Assembly: GCA_016194305.1 (NCBI GenBank) | Contig: JACQBW010000008.1 | Span: 85,684 to 149,683, forward strand | Length of the DNA: 64,000 nt | DNA from: Nitrospirota bacterium | GTDB taxonomy: Bacteria > Nitrospirota > Nitrospiria > JACQBW01 | Direction: 5' to 3' | In this document: in pieces, positions 57,903 through 64,000 of the stretch | Numbering within the stretch: position 1 is the stretch's first letter | Layout of the letters: each line of letters begins with the position of its first letter | Notes under the pieces: generated by a model | What the model was told of the DNA's origin: nothing | The model's database searches: none | The model's input: the letters and a program-made list of their open reading frames with translations, nothing else | Made by a program: the position numbers and the translations under genes

Positions 57903-59249
57903 ATGGCGCTGAGCGAACATCCCACCGTCAAGAAGTTCTATCATGGAAATGGAACCACGCCTGCGGAAACGGGATCCATTAAACTGAAAGCGGAAGCGTT
58001 GCGCCAGCTCTGTCTGGATGCAGGTGCGGGAGATATCGGATTTGTAGAAATAGGCCGCCCGGAGATTTCAAACCAGAAGGCTGAAATTCTCGCTGTTTTC
58101 CCTTCCACCCGATTCCTGATCAGTATCGTATGTAAAATGAATCGAGAGAACATTCGTACACCCGCCAGATCTGTGGCCAATCTCGAGTTTCACCATACCA
58201 CGGACGAGGTGAACGAAGTGGCACGTCGAATCGTACAGAAACTGGAATCGGCCTGCATCCGGGCGATGAATGGAGGCGCCGCTGGATTTCCGATGGAAGC
58301 GGACCGTTGGGGCGCTAAAATGTGGCTCATTTCGCATAAACCGGTTGCCGTGGCGGCAGGTATGGGACAGATGGGGATTCATCGCAATGTGATTCATCCC
58401 CGGTTTGGCAATTTTATTCTCCTCGGTACGGTATTGGTCGATGCCGAACTCGATACCTTCTCCCAACCCCTTGATTACAATCCGTGCCTGAGCTGTAAAT
58501 TATGTGTGGCGGCATGCCCAACGGGAGCGATTGGGGCGGACGGTCATTTTAATTTTTCCGCCTGCTACACACACAACTACCGGGAATTTATGGGTGGTTT
58601 CAACGATTGGGTAGGAAAGGTGGTCGAAAGCAAAACCACCCAGGATTATCGTCAAAAGGTCTCTGATGCCGAGACGGTTTCCATGTGGCAAAGTCTTTCA
58701 TTTGGAGCAAATTACAAAGCCGCCTACTGTTTAGCGGTCTGTCCTGCGGGTGAGGATGTGATTGCACCTTTTCTCACAAGCCGGAAAGAGTTTGTGGAGT
58801 CTGTTTTGAAACCGCTTCAGGAAAAACCTGAAATCATTTACGTGGTTCCCGGGTCCGATGCGGAAGAGTATACCGGCAAACATTTTCCCAATAAGAAAGT
58901 GAAAAGAGTGGGAAATGGACTTTCGGGTCAAACATCGGTTGAGGAATTTTTACGCGGACTGCCGCTGGTATTTCAGCGGGGCCGGGCCCAAGGGATCGAT
59001 GCGACTTACCACTGGACGTTCACCGGGAAAGAGGAGAGAAAAGCGACGGTAATTATCCGGCATCAGGAGTTTCAGGCCAAGGATGGCCATCAGGGTTTGG
59101 CCGATGTTCATGTGACTGTGGATAGTGCCACCTGGCTGAGGCTTCTTCGAAAAGAGAGTTCGATCATCTGGGCCGTGGTTCGAAGAAAAATCAGGATCCG
59201 GGGAAGGCTCAAGCTCCTTCTGGCATTCGGCCGTTGTTTTCCGTCTTAG
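57903..59249 (+). CDS. QueG-like (epoxyqueuosine-reductase/reductive-dehalogenase-like) double 4Fe-4S protein fused to a C-terminal SCP2 domain
   Basis: GIHRN...FGNFILLGTVLVDAELD...CLSCKLCVAACPTGAI and CLAVCPAGED; C-terminal SCP2-like segment. Confidence 0.6.
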   Translation: MALSEHPTVKKFYHGNGTTPAETGSIKLKAEALRQLCLDAGAGDIGFVEIGRPEISNQKAEILAVFPSTRFLISIVCKMNRENIRTPARSVANLEFHHTTDEVNEVARRIVQKLESACIRAMNGGAAGFPMEADRWGAKMWLISHKPVAVAAGMGQMGIHRNVIHPRFGNFILLGTVLVDAELDTFSQPLDYNPCLSCKLCVAACPTGAIGADGHFNFSACYTHNYREFMGGFNDWVGKVVESKTTQDYRQKVSDAETVSMWQSLSFGANYKAAYCLAVCPAGEDVIAPFLTSRKEFVESVLKPLQEKPEIIYVVPGSDAEEYTGKHFPNKKVKRVGNGLSGQTSVEEFLRGLPLVFQRGRAQGIDATYHWTFTGKEERKATVIIRHQEFQAKDGHQGLADVHVTVDSATWLRLLRKESSIIWAVVRRKIRIRGRLKLLLAFGRCFPS

Positions 59250-59332
59250 TAAATTGGTCAATTCGACCACGATCCGGAGGAATCCATTATTTTGTTGACA
59301 AGAACAAAAAATAGAACTATTGTAGTTACAGT

Positions 59333-59761
59333 ATGGCAGCCAATAGCAAATTTGCAGTCGCAACCCATATCCTTACAAGCCTGGCCTTGATATCTGAAGA
59401 GCCTGACGAGGCAGGCTTGATCAACAGCGCGTATATTGCGAGTAGTGTCAATACCAACGCAGTCGTTGTTCGAAGGATTGTATCGGAGCTGGTGAAGGCG
59501 GGACTGGTCATCAGCCATCAGGGAAAAGGAGGAGGGCTTGAACTCGGAAAATCCCCAGAAAAAATTACCCTTCTGGATGTCTATGAAGCGATGGGTGAGA
59601 TGCCGTTATTTGCCTATAATCCGAATAAACCGAATCCAAAGTGCCCGGTGAGTGTAAAAATGGCTCAAATCTTGAAACCGGTCTTTTCGGAGGTTCAGAA
59701 TGGGGTCAAAGAACGGCTTGAAGAGATCAAATTATCGGATCTGGTCCATAAAATAGCGTAG
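59333..59761 (+). CDS. Rrf2-family transcriptional regulator
   Basis: N-terminal Rrf2 helix-turn-helix (KFAVATHILTSLAL...SAYIASSVNTNAVVVRRIVSELVKAGLV). Confidence 0.8.
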   Translation: MAANSKFAVATHILTSLALISEEPDEAGLINSAYIASSVNTNAVVVRRIVSELVKAGLVISHQGKGGGLELGKSPEKITLLDVYEAMGEMPLFAYNPNKPNPKCPVSVKMAQILKPVFSEVQNGVKERLEEIKLSDLVHKIA

Positions 59762-59879
59762 ACATTTTTTTTGGCCAATACTGTAACTAAAAAGGTTACT
59801 AAAATCGGATTTAAATGATGTTTTTTCGGTCGTTTAAGGTGATGGAACAGGTTAATCTGGTCAGAAAGGAGAGTTTGCA

Positions 59880-60704
59880 ATGAAAACGTTTAAAATGCCA
59901 GTTGCATTCATGAGCGATTTTGGACCGATGCCGGCAATTGAGAATGACGACTACACGATGGCCCTGGAAAGAGTCGGGAGGGATCTTCCGCGCCCCAGGG
60001 CGGTAGTGGTCATGTCAGGCCATTGGGCGGCGGGTGAGACGCTTTCGGTTACATCGGCCTTAAAGCCGGAGATGATCTATGATTTTTATGGTTTCCCGGA
60101 GAAGTTTTACCAGGTCCGGTATCGCTGCCAGGGAGATCCCGAAACCGCGGCCGAAGTGGTTCGCCTCCTGACGGCGGCAGGGTTCAGTGCCAACACGGAT
60201 CCCGACCGGGGAATTGATCACGGAGCATGGGTACCACTTTCAAGGGTCTATCCAAGAGCCGATATTCCGATTGTTCAATTGACCGTACCAGCAGGTGAAG
60301 ATCCGCGTAAGATTATGGCGATCGGCAGGGCGCTTAAACCCCTACGGGAGAAAAGGATACTCCTTGTCGGATCAGGAACGCTTGTTCACAATTTAAGGCT
60401 TGTGAGGTTTGGGAGCCTGAAAGCGGATGAATGGGCAGAGGCCTTCGATCGCTGGGTGGGCACACGGCTCGATAACGGATCAATAGATGAAATTGTCCAT
60501 TACAAGACGCTGGCGCCATCGGCCAATCTGGCTGTGCCGACTTCGGAACATTTCGATCCGCTCTTCTTTGTACTGGGTGCCGCTGGACGGGAAGAGCCGG
60601 TCCATTTCTTTCGAGCCATCCGCCATGGGAGCGGATCACTTCGAATTATTGGCTTCGGAATGCGGAACGAGAACGACGAACCTGAATCGAATATCAATCA
60701 TTAA
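59880..60704 (+). CDS. Class III extradiol ring-cleavage dioxygenase, 4,5-DOPA-dioxygenase (YgiD)-like
   Basis: MPVAFMSDFGPMPA...LPRPRAVVVMSGHW matches the YgiD/LigB N-terminus. Confidence 0.75.
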   Translation: MKTFKMPVAFMSDFGPMPAIENDDYTMALERVGRDLPRPRAVVVMSGHWAAGETLSVTSALKPEMIYDFYGFPEKFYQVRYRCQGDPETAAEVVRLLTAAGFSANTDPDRGIDHGAWVPLSRVYPRADIPIVQLTVPAGEDPRKIMAIGRALKPLREKRILLVGSGTLVHNLRLVRFGSLKADEWAEAFDRWVGTRLDNGSIDEIVHYKTLAPSANLAVPTSEHFDPLFFVLGAAGREEPVHFFRAIRHGSGSLRIIGFGMRNENDEPESNINH

Positions 60705-60716
60705 GAGGAGGATATC

Positions 60717-61166
60717 ATGAAGTTTCTTTTTCAGACAGAAGATCGCATTGCCAGTCTCATTATACGTGTGACACTCGGAATGGTCTTTTTTTTCCATGGG
60801 GCTCAGAAATTTCTGGGGTGGTACGGCGGCTTCGGGTTCACGGGAACCGTTGGATTTTTCACCTCGCAACTCCAGATTCCCTATCTGCTTGCGGTGTTGA
60901 TTGTCTTCACGGAATTTTTCGGGAGTCTGGGTCTCATTGCAGGACTGCTCAGTCGAATTGCCGCGTTTGGAATCGCTTGTGTCATGGCGGGCGGGATCTG
61001 GATGATTCATTGGCAAAACGGTTTTTCCATGAATTGGTATGGAAAACAGGCGGGAGAAGGGATAGAGTTCAGTCTTCTCGTTCTTGGGATGAGTCTGGCC
61101 TTAATAATCTCCGGTTCAGGGAAATGGTCGCTCGATCGGATCATTTCGAATAAAATGGCGAAATAA
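60717..61166 (+). CDS. DoxX-family membrane protein
   Basis: Four TM helices with a DoxX pattern (LGMVFFFHGAQKF). Confidence 0.6.
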   Translation: MKFLFQTEDRIASLIIRVTLGMVFFFHGAQKFLGWYGGFGFTGTVGFFTSQLQIPYLLAVLIVFTEFFGSLGLIAGLLSRIAAFGIACVMAGGIWMIHWQNGFSMNWYGKQAGEGIEFSLLVLGMSLALIISGSGKWSLDRIISNKMAK

Positions 61167-61232
61167 AGAGAGGGCGTGGGGAATTTTATTCCGCGTTAAT
61201 CATTTACAAATAACAAAAATGGAGGAAATACA

Positions 61233-61472
61233 ATGGGAAAACCGGTGATTGCTCAAAAAAGTCCTTATGTCAAAGAGATGGGACCTGGAACTTATTACTG
61301 GTGTGCATGTGGGAAATCCGCGAATCAGCCTTTTTGTGACGGTTCCCACAAGGGGTCAGAATTTAGTCCGCTGGAAGTCAAGATTACCGAAAAGAAAACG
61401 GTCGCCTGGTGCGGGTGCAAAATGTCGGGAAATAAGCCATTCTGTGATGGCTCTCATAAGAAACTTCCGTAA
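61233..61472 (+). CDS. CDGSH iron-sulfur domain protein (two CDGSH motifs)
   Basis: CACGKSANQPFCDGSHK and CGCKMSGNKPFCDGSHK. Confidence 0.85.
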   Translation: MGKPVIAQKSPYVKEMGPGTYYWCACGKSANQPFCDGSHKGSEFSPLEVKITEKKTVAWCGCKMSGNKPFCDGSHKKLP

Positions 61473-61509
61473 GCTTTTCTAAATTAGAGTTCAAAACAAG
61501 GAGACTCCG

Positions 61510-62253
61510 ATGAATCTCAAGGAAAAAAGATCCATAGACATCCGGAAAGGAGGAGAGCGATTCCGGACCCGGACCGACTGGCTGGATTCCCGGCACAGCT
61601 TTAGTTTCGGGAATCAATACGATCCGGATAACGTAGGCCATGGACTCCTCATCGTCAATAACGATGATATCGTTCTCCCTGGCACCGGTTTTATGACCCA
61701 TCCCCACCGGAATATGGAGATTCTGACATGGGTTCTGGAAGGGGAACTGGAGCATCAGGATTCTGAAGGAAACCGGGGAGTCATTTATCCCGGACTTGCT
61801 CAGCGCATGAGCGCGGGGAGAGGCATCTGGCACTCCGAAATCAATCCCAGCAAAATAAAACCGGTCCGTTTTATTCAGATGTGGGTTCTTCCCGATACTG
61901 AGCGGATCGATCCCGGGTATGAGCAACTGGATGTGACGCCTCAGCTTGAAAAGGGGGGAATGGTTCTCATTGCTTCCGGGAAAGGAGATCAGGCCGCCAT
62001 CTTTATTCGCCAGAAAGGGGCGGCACTATGGGGAGGAAAGCTGAAGCCGGGAGAGATATCTCGGATTCCAGACACGCCATTTGTACATCTCTATGTCACA
62101 AATGGCATGCTTGAACTTGAAAATTCCGGCGTGCTTCAGGCCGGGGATGCTGTCAGATTGACTTCCGCCGGATCGTTACGGATCACAGCCGATTCTAAAA
62201 TGGGCGCCAATATCTTGATTTGGGAGACAATCCAGAATGTTACTTCATCTTAA
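61510..62253 (+). CDS. Pirin-family protein
   Basis: HPHRNMEILTWVLEGELEHQDSEGN matches the cupin metal-binding block of pirin. Confidence 0.85.
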   Translation: MNLKEKRSIDIRKGGERFRTRTDWLDSRHSFSFGNQYDPDNVGHGLLIVNNDDIVLPGTGFMTHPHRNMEILTWVLEGELEHQDSEGNRGVIYPGLAQRMSAGRGIWHSEINPSKIKPVRFIQMWVLPDTERIDPGYEQLDVTPQLEKGGMVLIASGKGDQAAIFIRQKGAALWGGKLKPGEISRIPDTPFVHLYVTNGMLELENSGVLQAGDAVRLTSAGSLRITADSKMGANILIWETIQNVTSS

Positions 62254-62341
62254 TCAAAGGAAATAACCGATGCGTCTATCTGGTCAAATGCCGGATGTCA
62301 CTGCCGGTGGCATTGCGGGATAGAATCCCCGTGGAACCAGA

Positions 62342-63895
62342 TTAAAAATCATCGTCCCAGAGGATCTTTCCCTCTTCACTGACTAACGCAACGCATACAC
62401 GGTCTTTTTGTCGATCAAATCTGAAGTTCAGTAATTCCTTTTCTGTTGCATTATACATTGCATTGAAAGCCCGGGCAGCTTCCTTGCTTTTCCAGAATTC
62501 ATACGTGTCAATCGTCTTTTTTACGAAAATCTTTTGAGGACAAATGGCAAATACATTGATCTTCTCATGGGTTCGTTGTAAGGCACGGGCAAGCGGACTT
62601 TCCCCCGGCAAGGAAGCCGGTAGTCCGAGCTGACGGCGGCTTTCCTGGGCATCTTTACGCAATTCGGCAAGTTCGTCATAGAGATAAATCATCTTAAACC
62701 CATTTCGCTCCAGAATGCCCTGGCGAACATCCATGACCCGGAAAATACGGGCAAGCACCGAGGTTAGATTGGGTTCCTCTTCAAAGTCAGAATTGAGCGG
62801 CAAGACAAACAGGAGGTCGCAATGATGTACCGCGGCAATCACACTCGGAAGATTATCAATCACTCCGCCATCTTCAAAATATTGACCCTTTCTTTTGAAA
62901 TACGGAAAGAGCGGGGGCAGATCCATAGAGGTAAATACCGCCGCTTTTAATTCTTCCATAAATTTTGTGCTTTCTCCGGCAGGGTCGAGAATATCGTATT
63001 TTATTCCGGAAATAGGCACAGGCGCGGCTTCATTGGTGGCACACTCCAATTCTCCGGTCCTTACATTTGAACGGGTGAAAAAGAATTTGATCTCGGATGC
63101 TCGAATCGTATCGGATATTTTCTGATCCTTGCAAAACAGGGATTCAAAAACATTTTGCCAGGGTATTGAAGAGAGAAAGGCATTTCGGAAAAAGGGAATG
63201 TACCAGGAGGGTGCTGTAAGCGATTTTGCGTTGATCAATCCCCACCAACGTTCGTGAATACTCTTGCCCTGCCATTCCGGATAGGGCTGGATGAACCGGG
63301 CAAGCCAGAACAGGGCATTCCATGAACCAATCGAAGTTGCGGCAATTACCTTGACTTTTTCAAGTGCGCCCCTTTTTTCCAGGAAGCGATAGATGGCTTT
63401 CATTGATCCGGCCTGGAACGCCCCTTTCGCTCCTCCTCCCGCCAAAACGATACCGATCCGCTTTACATGATCAAATTCCTTTGAAGTGGTTACCGGCACG
63501 TTCATCGTACTTGGTATGCCGGAGGGATAATGTTGAGGTTTCCATTTTAGCCAGATGAGGATCCCATTGAGCAGGACAGACAGATTGTAGGCCACAATGA
63601 ATCCTAGAACCAGGATAAGCATCAGAAAATTCGCCAAAAGGAATTCATTGAAATTATTGAGAAGGGGATTGGTCGAACCCGTGGGGAAGAACAGTGCCAA
63701 TAAATCCCTGGTCCACCGGAATCCATAAAAAATCCAAAAAAGTGTCATGAAGAAAAAGGATATGGAGAAAGCCCACGGCAAACGAAATAGGATCCAGACC
63801 GGCAGGAAAGAGACCTGTTTCAGGATATTCATCATGGTATTATTCACAATCCCTCTATTTTTGTGCCGAGCTGATCTTAAATCAATCCAGAGCAT
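62342..63895 (-). CDS. Patatin-like phospholipase with N-terminal TM segments
   Basis: GGGAKG oxyanion motif, ATSIGS nucleophile elbow (GxSxG variant) and DGGVIDNLP catalytic Asp motif. Confidence 0.75.
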   Translation of the reverse strand: MLWIDLRSARHKNRGIVNNTMMNILKQVSFLPVWILFRLPWAFSISFFFMTLFWIFYGFRWTRDLLALFFPTGSTNPLLNNFNEFLLANFLMLILVLGFIVAYNLSVLLNGILIWLKWKPQHYPSGIPSTMNVPVTTSKEFDHVKRIGIVLAGGGAKGAFQAGSMKAIYRFLEKRGALEKVKVIAATSIGSWNALFWLARFIQPYPEWQGKSIHERWWGLINAKSLTAPSWYIPFFRNAFLSSIPWQNVFESLFCKDQKISDTIRASEIKFFFTRSNVRTGELECATNEAAPVPISGIKYDILDPAGESTKFMEELKAAVFTSMDLPPLFPYFKRKGQYFEDGGVIDNLPSVIAAVHHCDLLFVLPLNSDFEEEPNLTSVLARIFRVMDVRQGILERNGFKMIYLYDELAELRKDAQESRRQLGLPASLPGESPLARALQRTHEKINVFAICPQKIFVKKTIDTYEFWKSKEAARAFNAMYNATEKELLNFRFDRQKDRVCVALVSEEGKILWDDDF

Positions 63896-64000
63896 ACAGG
63901 CCAGATTTTGAATGGGTGACCTTTGGACGCTATGTCGAATTAGAGATTAGTCATCTCGCCACCACATTTCAAGACATTCCGACTTCTTAAGGGAATAGAG

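Noticed and set aside
1-64000. CRISPR arrays, insertion sequences, integrases, rRNA
   Set aside because: I scanned for regularly spaced direct repeats and for transposase or integrase-like ORFs. None were found. tRNA-Leu at 41895-41981 is the only structural RNA gene I could recognise.

Overview
The first ~27 kb of this window is a flagellar locus from a Gram-negative bacterium with about 48% GC. Beyond the motif signature of each family, the assignments rest on homology I recognise by eye in the translated ORFs, with no database search. None of it has been checked computationally.

The plus-strand flagellar operons are flgF-flgG-flgA-flgH, then a radical-SAM gene, then flgI and a muramidase-less flgJ, followed by flgM-flgN and flgK-flgL. 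Downstream of flgL come two very large TPR/glycosyltransferase genes, an alpha-type Ser/Thr-rich flagellin, a hypothetical gene, flbT and flaF, and a CheY-like response regulator translationally coupled to a PilZ protein. On the minus strand, flgB-flgC-fliE-fliF-fliG-fliH-fliI-fliJ and a ylxF-like gene are driven by a textbook sigma-54 promoter. Immediately upstream of that promoter lies a regulatory operon: a TPR protein, a soluble FlrB-like histidine kinase and an NtrC-type enhancer-binding protein (EBP), with a second sigma-54 EBP further upstream.

I could read three sigma-54 promoters (flgF, the glycosylation genes, flgB) and two sigma-28 promoters (flgM, flagellin) directly from the sequence. 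A recurrent AT-rich element with the core TTCAACAA sits just upstream of several flagellar start codons.

The remaining ~37 kb contains:
- an ABC-2 transporter;
- a MarR-TolC-HlyD-MFS efflux operon;
- tRNA-Leu(CAG), followed by an AT-rich islet carrying ArsR and two SRPBCC (AHSA1-like) genes;
- a CpxP-like periplasmic protein with an OmpR/histidine-kinase two-component system;
- a GH15 glucoamylase, a nitroreductase and a thioesterase;
- an MsrPQ-like molybdoenzyme pair;
- ElbB;
- a large membrane-anchored PAS-GGDEF-EAL protein;
- a redox-stress cluster: DoxX, MarR, a QueG-like Fe-S/SCP2 fusion, Rrf2, a DOPA-dioxygenase-like gene, DoxX, CDGSH and pirin;
- a patatin-like phospholipase.

I saw no CRISPR array, transposase or integrase.

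The most unusual content is the flagellin-glycosylation module and the radical-SAM gene inside the rod/ring operon. The glycosylation module comprises a SEC-C/TPR/GT41 protein and a 1040-aa GT-A/C-methyltransferase/TPR/GT-B megaprotein. Also notable are the FlbT/FlaF regulators in a sigma-54-driven system and the recurrent 5'-proximal motif family.
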